The notes under the pieces were generated by a model, which ran no database searches, was not told the DNA's origin, and worked only from the letters and a program-made list of their open reading frames with translations. Source: an uncultured Acidimicrobiia bacterium (GTDB lineage: Bacteria; Actinomycetota; Acidimicrobiia; Spongiisociales; UBA11373). From it: a stretch of 64,000 nt of DNA. Shown here piece after piece: positions 32,641 to 42,535 of this stretch. The number at the start of each line of letters is the position of its first letter. The stretch's first letter is position 1. The stretch lies in the NCBI GenBank assembly GCA_963796115.1, contig CAWCKE010000005.1, positions 564,505 through 628,504 on the forward strand. The letters run 5' to 3'. The translations under genes and the position numbers were made by a program.

Positions 32641-35600
32641 ATGAAACGCGTGCTTGCACTGCTGTTGTTGGTTGTGCTGGGGTTCGGGCTGATGCCGGGG
32701 GTGGGCGTCCGCCGATGCTCCGGGTTCGATTTCTGGGAGGGTGGTGGAGGAGGGGACCGGGGGATCCTCTCGAGGGTGTCATCGTCGATGTGGGGTGGGG
32801 CGTCGGGACCGGCATCACCGGCCCCGACGGGCGGTACTCGGTCGGGGGATTGCCGGCGGGAAACCACACGGTGGACTTCTACCCCGCAGATGGCTTGCAC
32901 GGCTACCCCTTGGACATCTTCCATGTGGATACAACGTGGGTTGGGCTTGTGGCCGTCACCGCAGGGTTGGACACGTCGGGGATCGACGGGGTACTTCCGC
33001 TCGTGGTTGGATCTCGGGACGGTGGTCGACGAGGGGACCGGGGACCCTCTCGAGGGCATCTACGTTGTTTCCTGGTGTGGTGCCTACGGCGTCGGCGTCT
33101 TCTCGCAGGCCGACGGCGGATACTGGATCAGGGTTCCGGCCGGTGACTGCTCGGTTGGGTTCTACCCCCAAGGGCCAGGCGGGGGAACCCCGTCCCCGTA
33201 TGCGGGTGAGTGGTGGAACAATCGGCCGACCTCTGGTTCTGCGGATCTTGTGGCTGTCACCGCATGGGTGGAGACGTCGGGGATCGACGCGGCTCTTTCG
33301 TTCGCGGGTTCGATTTCGGGGACGGTGCGGGACGCCGACGGGAATCCCATCGAGGGCGTCGACGTAGGGGTTTGCGACAGCGGGTACTGGTGCCAAACGT
33401 GCTCACGGATGCCGGTGGGTACTACGAGGTCACGGGGTTGGAGGCGGGGGATTACAGGGTGAACTTCACTCCGGGTAGCCCGGCGTTCTTCTCCGAGTGG
33501 TGGGATGACAAGCCGGGCTTCGGTTCCGCGGAGCTTGTCGCCGTGGTTGGGGGCGCGAACACGGTGGTCGACGCGGTGTTGTCCTCTCCGGGTTCGATTT
33601 CGGGGAGGGTGGCCGACGAAGCGACCGGGGATCCTCTCGAGGGCATCTATGTCAAGGCCTTCTGTTGGGAGGATCCGCGTTGTGGCGACTCCGGGGCCGA
33701 GGGCTGGACGAATGTCAACGGCGAGTACTCGCTGGTAGGGCTTCCGGCCGGGAACTACCGGGTGGGGTTCGGCCCTCAAGGGCCGAATGGGACATCCCGT
33801 CCCCGTACATGGCTGAGGAGTGGGATGGGCTTGCGGCTGTCACCCCAGGGGTGAACACGTCGGGGATCGACGCAGCACTCTGGATCCCGGGTTCGATTTC
33901 GGGGACGGTGGTCGCGGAAGGGACCCTGCTGCCTGTTGCTGGTGTCTCGATGTCGGAGTGCTGGACAGCTCGTGCGGTCTGCGTACCTGGGGAGCGGGGA
34001 GACGGATGCGGATGGGAGGGTACGTGGTCGGGGGCCTGCCGGCGGGGACCTACAAGGTGGCGTTCTACCCCGATGGGCTTTCCCCGTTCGTAGACGGAGT
34101 GGTGGGATGACAAGCCGGACTGTGCTTCGGCGGATCCCGTTACGTGGTTGATCGGGTGTGGATACTGCCGGGGATCGCGCGTCGCTCGGGCGGGACTCCG
34201 ATGCTCCGGTGGTGTTCGTGCCTGATGATGTGACGGTGCAGGCGACCGGTCCGGCGGGGCGGTCGTGGAGTTCCCGAAGGCGGCGGCGTTCGACGGTCCG
34301 GGAGGGTGTGGGAGCACACTGAACTTCCAGTTCGGCGAGAACCGTCTGGTGCGGAACCCGGGTTCGTACAACGAGCACATCGAGTACCGCAGGGCGGTGG
34401 CCTATGCTATCGACAGGGACGCCATGGTCGAGGCGCTTCCCGGGGCGGCGCTCGCCTTGGACTCCTACGTTGAGGCGTACCTGCCGGACTGGTCGCAGGG
34501 CTCGTGGGCGCAGTACGACTACGACCCGGACATGGCCAGGTTCTGGCTGGGCGCAGCTGTGCGCCAAGGGGTGGATTGTGTGGCGAATCCGCCGAAGGCG
34601 GTGTTCACCACCTCAAACAACCCCGATCGGGTTGTCATGGCTGGGTTGTTGGCGCCGATGTTCGCCGATGTGGGGATCGGCTTCGAGGCCCAACTCGAGG
34701 ACTCCTCGCTGTTCTTCGGCGACACCATGTCCTTCGGCGAACTGGGACCTCGGCGAGTGGGCGTGGGTCGGGACCGTGGCGGATCTGCCGGGCCTGGTGT
34801 GGATCCACGACCTGTGGGATCCGGAAGCCCCTCCGCCGGACGGCCAGAACTACTACCGCTGGGGCACCCCGGAGGTGACCGGCCAGGACCCGGACGGCTA
34901 CAACCAGGGGCCGTCGTCGGTCATCGACGAGCACACCGCCCGCTTCGCGCAGATTGTCGACCTGATGCACGCCACGACGGATGAGGCGGAGCTGCGGCTG
35001 CTGGTCAACGAGGCGGAGAACATCCTCGCCGACCAGCTGGTGTTCATCCCGCTGTACGTCAGGGTTGATCCGAGAGTGGTGTCGGGGCCGACGTGCTGAT
35101 CCGGCGTCGGGATCGCTGTTCCCCGTCGGGGTGACCACGGTGACCTGCACCGCCACTGACCCTGCCGGCAACGAGGGTTCAGCCACCTTCACCGTGACCG
35201 TGACCCCTGACGGGCGAGGGGACCTGGTCGCAGGTCGCTGCAGGTGGCACGGTGTCGACGGACGGTTCCGGTGACGGCGCGACCCCGGAGATCCGGTGGA
35301 GACATCGATCACCACTCCGAACGCGGGGGCAGTGACCGTGGCGACGGGCCCGACCGGGGCGGACCCGACCGGGTACGCGCTGTTCGGCCAGGAGGTCACG
35401 ATCACCGCTCCGAGCGCCACCCCGGCGGAATCCGCTGGTGTTGGTGTTCCTGATCGATTCGTCGGTGGTGCCGGCTGGGGCGAGTGTCGGTGATGTGGTG
35501 GTGTTCCGTGACGGCGTGGCCGTGGCGGACTGCACCGGTGCACCGTCGGCGGTTCCAGATCCGTGTGTCCTCGCGGGCGGTCGCCGGTGATGACTTCAAG

Positions 35601-36426
35601 ATCACGGTGTTGACCTCGCACGCCTCCGCTCTGGGCGTTCGGGGTGCGCCAAGACACCACTCCGCCCGTCATCAGCCTGCTGGGCCCGCCGTCGGTGTTG
35701 CTGGCGGTGGGTAACCCGTATGTGGATGCGGGGGCGGCAGCCTTCGACCTCGTGGATGGTGATCTGACCGGCTCGTATTGTCAGGGTGAACCCGGTGAAC
35801 ACGGCGGTGCCGGGCACGTACCTGGTCACCTACAACGTCACCGACGCTGCGGGCAATAGTGCGGTGCAGGTGACCCGGAGGGTGGAGGTGGCCTACTTCT
35901 GTGGTGGTCTTAGGGCCACCATCTGGGGCACCCCGGGTGGCGACAGGCCTCGTCGGGACGGGCGGTGCGTCTGTGATCGTGGCCCTAGGTGGGCGGGACA
36001 CCATCTTCGGCCTGGGCGGCAACGACACCATCTGCGGCGGGCCGGGCAACGACACCATCAACGGCGGGGCCGGCGCCGACACCGTCGACTTCGGCGGGGC
36101 CCCCGGCGGGGTAAACGCCAGCCTGGCCGTCGGGATCGCCACGGGTGAAGGCTTCGACGTGCTGGTCGGCATCGAGAACATGATCGGGTCACCGTTCGGC
36201 GACACCCTCACCGGCAGCGGGGGGCAACATCCTGTGGGGTGGCGGCGGCAACGACTGGCTGTGGGGCCTCAACGGGGACGACACCCTCTACGGGGAGGCC
36301 GGCAACGACTGGCTGTGGGGCGGCGCCGGCCGGGACATCCTCAACGGCGGCCCCGGCACGGACCACCTCGACGGTGGTGCGGGCGCCGACACCTGCACGC
36401 TGGGGGAGGTCAACAGCAGCTGCTGA
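32641..36426 (+). pseudogene. Very large mosaic surface protein: signal peptide, about 5 carboxypeptidase-regulatory-like repeats, split HYR domain, DUF5011-like Ig domain, RTX repeats; many frameshifts as assembled
   Basis: The RBS GGGGGGAG is followed by the start MKRVLALLLLVVLGFGLMPG. A repeated unit occurs several times: GSISG.V.DE.TGDPLEG..V......G.Y.V.GLPAG.Y.V.F.P.......EWWD......A..V.V......GIDA.L. The HYR domain halves lie at about 34196-34300 and 35100-35200. A DUF5011-like Ig segment reads QDTTPPVISLLGPPSVLLAVGNPYVDAGAAAFDLVDGDLTG...VPGTYLVTYNVTDAAGNSAVQVTRRVEV. The RTX repeats read GGRDTIFGLGGNDTICGGPGNDTINGGAGADTV...GGGGNDWLWGLNGDDTLYGEAGNDWLWGGAGRDILNGGPGTDHLDGGAGADTC. The TGA stop is at 36424-36426. 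Confidence 0.65.
34300..35100 (+). other. Diverged fragment of a family-5 SBP (C-terminal lobe) embedded inside the HYR domain of the large surface protein
   Basis: WEH.LNFQFGENRLVRNPGSYNEHIEYRRAVAYAIDRDAMVEAL...YDYDPDMARFWL...GVDCVANPPKAVFTTSNNP...MFADVGIGFEAQLEDSSLFFGDT...WDLGEWAWVG...YYRWGTPEV...ARFAQIVDLMHATTDEAELRLLVNEAENILADQLVFIPLY aligns colinearly with residues from WEHLAFQFGENRL to IPLYQR of the 22745-24616 gene. By eye, nucleotide identity is roughly three quarters over the first 110 nt. Confidence 0.65.
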
Positions 36427-36710
36427 GGGCTCAGCGAGACGGCGATGTGGGCGGCCCGAACGAGGCCTCCAAGCCGTCGGTCCTGCGGGTGGCTTCGGGA
36501 CCAGACCTGCCGAACCGGTGCTGGTTGGAACCGAATGCTCGGTGGGAGCGGATCGGCTGGGTTCCAACTCAAGGGCTAGGTTCCTCGGGCCAGGTTCTCG
36601 TTGAGGCCCGGGCCGGACCCCCCCGACGGGTGTCAGCCCCGGCGAATCTCACCCTCTCTCCCAGGTGCTGTCGAGTGTCTGCACTGCCTGTGTCGGCTAG
36701 GTGGACAGCC

Positions 36711-36815
36711 GGTGAGACAGTGAGACGGATGAGACACCGGTTCCGGAACTTGGCCTAGGAGGCCGCTAGGGGCCGATTGCCGGGAGGGCCGTCTCGGCTG
36801 TCTCGCTGTCTCACC
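36711..36815. repeat. 105-bp inverted-repeat element with triplicated GAGAC/GTCTC motifs
   Basis: Left arm ggtGAGACagtGAGACggatGAGACacc (36711-36738). Right arm ccGTCTCggctGTCTCgctGTCTCacc (36789-36815). The terminal 10 nt are perfectly complementary. The centre contains the palindromes gttccggaac and cctagg. Confidence 0.6.
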
Positions 36816-36871
36816 CGTCCCCGGGGCTGGGCGGCGCCTAGGCTCCTCGCAAGGGATTCCAGGGGGTTGGG

Positions 36872-38602
36872 GTGAGCGAGCTGCGGTTCTGCCCGTCCTG
36901 CGGTGTGGAGTTGGTACCCGGGGCACGGTTCTGCGCCTCCTGCGGCCGCCAGTTGGTGGAGGAGGCCCCGGCCAAGGCCCGACGGGGTGGGCCGCCGATG
37001 TGGGTGTGGGGGCTGGTGGGGCTGGCGGCGGTGGCGGCTCTGGCGGTGGTGCTGGTGCTGGTGCTGGGCGGAAGGGGACGATGACGGGCCGTCGGACAGC
37101 GGGGTGACCACGACCTGGGCTGGCGATGAGGGGGCGGCTCATGCGGTGCTGGCTGACGGGACGGCGGTGGCCGGGCTGACGGCCGGGGAGGCCGGTCAGC
37201 GGCCCCGGCGGAGGGGCTGGACGCGGCGGTGGCGGTGGGTGACTTCTACCTGTTTGAGGCGCCCACGACGGGGGGGCCGGTGACGGTGGTGGTGCCGTTC
37301 GACCCCGGCCTGGTGCTCCGGACGAGTCGGGGGAGGAGCCGGTGGTGTTCGCCGCCTACTGCGACGAGACGGAGGGCGGTGGGTGCCGATGGTGGGGGAG
37401 GTGGACTGGGCGGCGGGGACGGTCACGGTGGAGACGGATCACCTGTCCTGGTGGGAGGAGTGGACCTGGGACTGGGGGAGCTGGGCCAGCAGATCGCTGA
37501 CGGCATCCGGGAGTACTTGCAGGGGGTGGGTCTGCCGGTGCCGGAGCAGCCCGTCTGCGAGGAGGAACCTCCTGCCGGGGTGGAGGTGCTGGTGGTTGAG
37601 AGGTCGCTGGTGGCGGCCTGCCCGGAGGCGGCCGGGGATCAGGTTCGGGTGAAGGTGGCGAACCAGCGGGGCTACGGGGTGCTGCTCGACCTGCCTGACG
37701 GGGTGGTGGAGGAGGATTCGGCCCCGGGGTCGATGCGTTCTCGGCTGTACACCTGGGTGGCCTCCAAGCTGGACCCGGGTGTCGTCTATGTGCCGCCGGT
37801 GGGGACCACCTCCCTGCTGGTTGACATGGCCGGGCGGAGCGAGGTGACGGTGGGGGTGGAGCCGTCGGAGGCGACCCTGGTGGCCGACTTCCTGTGGACC
37901 CTGTGCCGGACCACCAACGGGGTGTGCGCCGCCATCGGTGAGGGGGAGGCAGTGGCAGACTGCATGCTCAGCGCGGTGCAGCGGGGCGGGGCGGAGGCCG
38001 ACTTCCAGGGGCTGATGGCGGCGGCCGGAGACTGCACCTCTTCCGTGCTCCCCGGAGGCCGACTGGTGTTCGCCGTGGCCAGCGCCGCCAGCGCCTGGGT
38101 GGGGGTCTACGAGTACCTCGGTGACTGGATCACCGGCATGACGCACAGCCTGACGGTCACCTATGAACCGTTCCCCCCCGGTGCCCAGGACGACATCCCA
38201 TCAGTTCCGCTGGAGGACCCTCCCGACAAGCTGAGCGTCGGGGGGCTGTCGGCGCTGAGCAGTCTTGAGGAGAACTTGGCACTGCTCGCCGACTGGCCCT
38301 ACGAGGTCATCAGGGAGACTCAAGGCTTGGGCGAGTGGAACGACGTCTATGTGTGGGACTTCGGCGGGACGGCGAGCGTGACCATCTATGGAGGAGTGGT
38401 CTCTGCCTGGTGCTCGAAGGTGGCCGAGTGCCGTTCGCCGAGATGGACCAGCCGACCGGCGAGAAGCTCAAACGCTTCGACGAGCGGCTCGAGCGGGAAG
38501 CTCGGGTACGAGTACCCGAAGAAGACGATCGCCTTCCTCGCCCCCAGCGCCGAGGCGGCGAGCTTGGCGCAGTCGGTGACCGCCGAACGGTGCTGCGGGT
38601 AG
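36872..38602 (+). CDS. Zinc-ribbon / single-TM protein with a large extracytoplasmic domain; about 3 frameshifts, 3' end uncertain
   Basis: MSELRFCPSCGVELVPGARFCASCGRQL, then the TM segment MWVWGLVGLAAVAALAVVLVLVLGG, then ...AVGDFYLFEAPTTGGPVTVVVPFDPGL... and the long ORF 37229..38602. The last 200 nt or so are antisense to the better-supported 38386-38895 gene and are probably not coding. Confidence 0.5.
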
Positions 38603-38895
38603 GGGAGAGGATGTGGGTGGGCAGGTTGTCGTTGGGCTTGTTGTTGTCGCCCATCATGCGGATCATCTTCACCTCGACCGCCCAGTCCCAGCTCGGCGGG
38701 GTGCCGAGGCACAGGTCGCACTTCTGGCGGCTCCCGTCGGCGTAGGGGACACCGAGCTGGTGAGCGGCGTAGCGCTCCGGCCAGGCGGCGACCAGCTCAT
38801 CCATCACCGAGGGAGACGGTGAGCGGCTCAGTGTGCGGTCCCAGGCCCGGCTGGTAGGGGCCGTGCTGGGGGCGTCGGGCGTCGGCCAGTTCCAT
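38386..38895 (-). CDS. PD-(D/E)xK nuclease-like hypothetical protein at the attR edge; about 2 frameshifts
   Basis: ...DELVAAWPERYAAHQLGVPYADGSRQKCDLCLG....WDWAVEVKMIRMMGDNNKPNDNLPTHILSPYPQHRSAVTDCAKLAAS..GARKAIVFFGYSYPSFPLEPLVEAFELLAGRLV. A D...E-V-K arrangement, with GC-rich third codon positions throughout. The frame stays open upstream into the attR repeat. Confidence 0.5.
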
Positions 38896-38920
38896 GCCGC
38901 GAGCGAAGTCGGCGGCGATC

Positions 38921-38971
38921 GCGCTTCCCTTACAAGGAAGAGGTCGCAGGTTCGAGTCCTGCAGCGCCCAC
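38921..38971 (+). repeat. attR: orphan copy of the 3' 51 nt of tRNA-Val
   Basis: 51/51 identity to 24687-24737. It lacks the 5' half of the tRNA. Confidence 0.85.
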
Positions 38972-39310
38972 TCTCAGGATCCCGTGTCCCTCAAGGGGAT
39001 TCTCTTAGCGGCTGGGGAGTGGGGTCACCGGAAGAGCACGCGACCAGGGCACAACCGGAGGACAGGAGCACTGTCCCGCCGATTGTCCAGGCACCGATGT
39101 CCACGGTCCATCACCTGCCAATGAATATCGGCTGTCGGGGGCTGGCGGCCTGAGCGTTGACTGGCCCTACTGACAGGGAGAGCCCGTGGCCCGACACCGT
39201 GAACCGAGGGCCACGATTCTCAGAGCTGATCCGCGACGTGCTGACCCGGCACGGCGGGAAACGGTGGAGTAGGTTGTTCGCAAGCGACGGGGGTAGCGAA
39301 GGGAGGGGTC

Positions 39311-40143
39311 ATGAGACGCCTAGTTGTGCTGCTGGCAGTGATGGGGATGGGGCTGCTGCCGGGAATCGCGTCGGCTGGGTCCCACACCTACCAGTCGGGG
39401 CCTATCGCCGTGCCGATCCCGGATCTCAGCACGGTCTTCCACGACATAGTCGTTCCCGATCGTGGGCACATCAGCGACCTCAACGTGTCGGTGACGCTCA
39501 ATCACACCTTTGTCTACGACCTAATCGTGATGGTCACCCATGTCGACACGGGCACGCAAGTGATCCTCGCCAACCACGACTGTGGCTCCGAAGACAACAT
39601 GTCCGCACGGTCTTCGACGATTCGGCCACGGCTGCGGTGGGAACCATCTGTCCCATCTTTGGCACCTTCCGGCCGGATACCCCGTTGAGTGGGTTCAACG
39701 GCGAGGCGATGGGTGGCACATGGCGCCTGACTGTGCAGGATGCGGTAGGAATCGACTCGGGTACCCTGACCGGCTGGAGTCTGGCCTTCGAGGCCGGCAT
39801 CGGGAGGAAGACCTGCTTGGGCGAGGCGGCGACGATGGTCGGGACCAATGAGGCGGACATCCTGATCGGCACGGCCGGCCCGGACGTGATAATCGGGGCG
39901 GGCGGTGACGATGTCATCCGAGGACTCGGTGGCGACGACGTGATCTGCGGCGGGTACGGCAACGACCGGCTGCTGGGGGGTGGCGGGGACGACCGCATGC
40001 TGGGTGGCGACGGGTCGGACACTCTCTTCGGTAGATGGGGAGACGACTGGCTGGGCGGCGGCAGCGGCGCCGACGTGGCCAATGGCGGGGGAGGTACCGA
40101 CCGCTGCGTGGCCGAAGCCGAAACCGCCTGCGAAACCTCCTAA
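39311..40143 (+). CDS. Secreted proprotein-convertase P-domain + RTX-repeat protein; one frameshift near 39600
   Basis: Signal peptide MRRLVVLLAVMGMGLLPGIASAG. P-domain ISDLNVSVTLNHTFVYDLIVMVTHVDTGTQVILANHDCGSEDN / FDDSA...GTFRPDTPLSGFNGEAMGGTWRLTVQDAVGIDSGTLTGWSLAFEA. RTX repeats GTAGPDVIIGAGGDDVIRGLGGDDVICGGYGNDRLLGGGGDDRMLGGDGSDTLFG. Confidence 0.75.
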
Positions 40144-40241
40144 CTCCGAGCGACAATGAGGTGCCCCGCACCAGACCGGTGCGGGGCACCCTCGATCATC
40201 GGCTAGGCAGTAGTTCCGGGTCTACTGGGCGAGCTGGTGGT

Positions 40242-41031
40242 CTAGCCCCGCTCCTCGGCGAGGGTGTCCAGGCGCCCTGCCGGCTCCTTGGTCGGCTCGG
40301 AGGCCGCCTCCAGCAGGTCCCCGAAGGTTTCCGGGTCGGGTTTGCGGCCCTTGGCCCTGTCGGCCCTGGTCCGAGCCCTGTCGGTGTCGATGGCCGCCTT
40401 GACCTGCTCCTCGGGCGGCTTGTCAATCTCCGGGGGGCCAGATCTCCGGGTCGATCCACCCCGGCGAGGGCGGCTTCATCACGTCGGGCAGCTTCGGCTT
40501 GGGATTCCCCAGGGCCACCCATAAGCCGATGCCGTGCCGGGTCAGCTCCTCCTCGATGGTTGCCCGCTGAATCCCCGAGAGGTTGGTCCAAGCAGCCCCC
40601 GAGCCGGGTGAATACATGACGAACCGATCCTTGTTGGCCCACTCAGCCCGGCGCTGGTCTTCAAGCTCCTTCCGCTTGCGGGCCGACACTCCGAGGAACG
40701 GTTCACTGCCGGTGACCGCCAGGTGCTGCCCGGCGTCCCAGCGGCGTGCGTCCAGGGTGGCGCAGACCTCCTGGCCGTCGGGACGCACCGTGATGAAGCC
40801 CCAGCGGGGGGTCATCTCGGACCCGTCCGGCTCTTCCCAGGCCTCGGTCAGGAGGGCTGTGCCTCGAGTCGCCTCCAGCTTGAAGATGCGCCTGCGACCC
40901 CGGTCGAAGGTGGCCACTGCCGTGTAGGCGACATCGGATCCCAGGAGCCGGTGGATCAGGCTCAGGAACTCCACGCCCTGAGGGCTGACCCCGATTGAGT
41001 CGAGCGTCGGATGCTTGCGGGTCGGTTTCAC
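40242..41031 (-). CDS. Hypothetical protein with a charged C-terminal tail; one frameshift near 40440
   Basis: VKPTRKHPTLDSIGVSPQGVEFLSLIHRLLGSDVAYTAVATFDRGRRRIFKLEATRGTALL...RWGFITVRPDGQEV...NKDRFVMYSPGSGAAWTNLSGIQRATIEEELTRHGIGLWVALGNPKPKLPDV..., then EIDKPPEEQVKAAIDTDRARTRADRAKGRKPDPETFGDLLEAA. I recognise no family. Confidence 0.45.
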
Positions 41032-41338
41032 CAAGCACGCTCTCCCCGTCCCCCCGACCCTACACCCGGGCCCCGGGGTTGGCAGCCCCGCAGCGGCCTT
41101 CAGGCGGCCCTTGGCACAAGCCCGAGCGCGGCTCGGCCGACGAGAGGTCGCCCGTTCGACCGCCGTGGGGCTTTGGGACCCCGTGCGGAGGTCCCACCGC
41201 ATGCCCGCCGGGGCTGCGGGCGCCCGGCGGCGAGGTCGGTGGCCGCTTTCGGCGCTGAGCCGCAGGCCACCCGCCGCGGCGGTCGGCGTAGCGTGAACGG
41301 CACGGTGCCCGGCCCGGGCGCCCGGAGCGGGAGGTGCG

Positions 41339-41899
41339 GTGATGGCACGGACCAGGACGGTGTGGACGGCGCTGGTCGTGGCGCTGTTGGCGGCGATGGT
41401 GCTGAGCCTGCCGGGCGAGGGCGGCCAGGCGGTAGCGGTGGAGCCACGGCTGGCCACGGGCAAGGTCATGATCCCGGCGGCGGCGTTCAGCCCGGCGCAG
41501 TCGTTCCCCTCGGTGGCGGGGTGGAACTACTTGAACAGCGGGGACAGGCTCGACCCGGTGGGCTACGGGGGCGTCTTCGTGGCTCCCGTCGACTTCCCGA
41601 GGCCGCTGGTGAGCGTCACCGGGATCACCCTCTACGCCTGGGACAGCGACCCCACGGGGGCCGTCTCAGTCGCCCTGTACCGGTCCACTCCGGCGCAGGG
41701 AGACGACGCCACCGTGCGCCAGGCACGGGTCGAGACCGTCGACAGTGCGGCCGATCCGCAGGTGGTGTCCACCCAGTACCGCATCTATGCCGCCGCGGTG
41801 AGCAGGGGCATTCACTCGTCGTACCTCTGGCTGACCCTGCCCAGCGAGGGCATCCTGTACGGCGTGCAGATCACCTACACCTACCAGACCGGTGGCTGA
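41339..41899 (+). CDS. Secreted hypothetical protein; intact
   Basis: 186-aa ORF with signal-like N-terminus TVWTALVVALLAAMVLSLPGEGGQAVA and a beta-rich body. I recognise no motif. Confidence 0.55.
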   Translation: MMARTRTVWTALVVALLAAMVLSLPGEGGQAVAVEPRLATGKVMIPAAAFSPAQSFPSVAGWNYLNSGDRLDPVGYGGVFVAPVDFPRPLVSVTGITLYAWDSDPTGAVSVALYRSTPAQGDDATVRQARVETVDSAADPQVVSTQYRIYAAAVSRGIHSSYLWLTLPSEGILYGVQITYTYQTGG

Positions 41900-42030
41900 C
41901 TCCGGGGGCGCCGTCCATGCCTCGCCCTGCACCGAACCGGCGAGCCGGGCCCGTCGATTCGTGAGGTGAAAGATCGCTTCCGCTAGTAGCGCAGACCTCC
42001 ATATCGTGTCGTCCAGCAAAGGAGACACGC

Positions 42031-42393
42031 ATGGACAAGGCTGAACGCAAGAGTTTCGGGAAGCCGGACGAGGTCCGGGAGTTCCCCAAGGGCCGGTTGG
42101 AACTGGTCCAGATAGGCGGGGCGACCGTCGGTCATGTCGTGTTCGAGCCGGGCTGGCGTTGGTCGACGTCGCTTCAGCCGATCGTCAAGACCAAGAGCTG
42201 CCAGGCCGCCCACTTCCAGTATCACCTGTCCGGCATCCTCGGGGTCCGCATGGACGACGGGACCGAGCTCGAGTACCGGGCGGGGGATGTCTCGTTCATC
42301 CCGCCGGGCCACGATGGCTGGGTGATAGGAGACGAGCCGGTGGTCGTAGTCGACTTCCAGGGCATGCTCGACTACGCCACACAGGCGAAGTAG
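42031..42393 (+). CDS. Cupin domain protein; intact
   Basis: 120-aa ORF with GHVVFEPGWRWS...HFQYHLSGILGVRMDDGTELEYRAGDVSFIPPGHDGW. Confidence 0.75.
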   Translation: MDKAERKSFGKPDEVREFPKGRLELVQIGGATVGHVVFEPGWRWSTSLQPIVKTKSCQAAHFQYHLSGILGVRMDDGTELEYRAGDVSFIPPGHDGWVIGDEPVVVVDFQGMLDYATQAK

Positions 42394-42535
42394 CGCACCG
42401 AACTGAAGACGGATTCGGAGGGCGCCGGGATGGAAGTCCGGCGCCCTCCTGCCTTTACGCAGCACCGAAGAGGCCAGTGGCCCGCGCAGCCTGCGGGGGT
42501 GAGGCGTACGCTTTAATGAGGAGCGTGGCGGTTCG

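Larger units (their letters stand above)
24737..38971. mobile_element. tRNA-Val-integrated genomic island (about 14.2 kb), apparently degenerate
   Basis: Bounded by the perfect 51-bp direct repeat of the tRNA 3' end. A tyrosine-recombinase catalytic-domain remnant abuts attL and a second recombinase lies inside. The cargo consists of lineage-specific membrane and surface proteins. Confidence 0.7.

Noticed and set aside
38972-39310. 340-bp gap after attR as a possible small-RNA or additional att-associated gene
   Set aside because: - The ORFs here (38833..39153, 38894..39124) are short and compositionally non-coding.
- I saw no recognisable RNA motif.
- The gap is most simply the native tRNA-downstream region plus the promoter of the 39311 gene.
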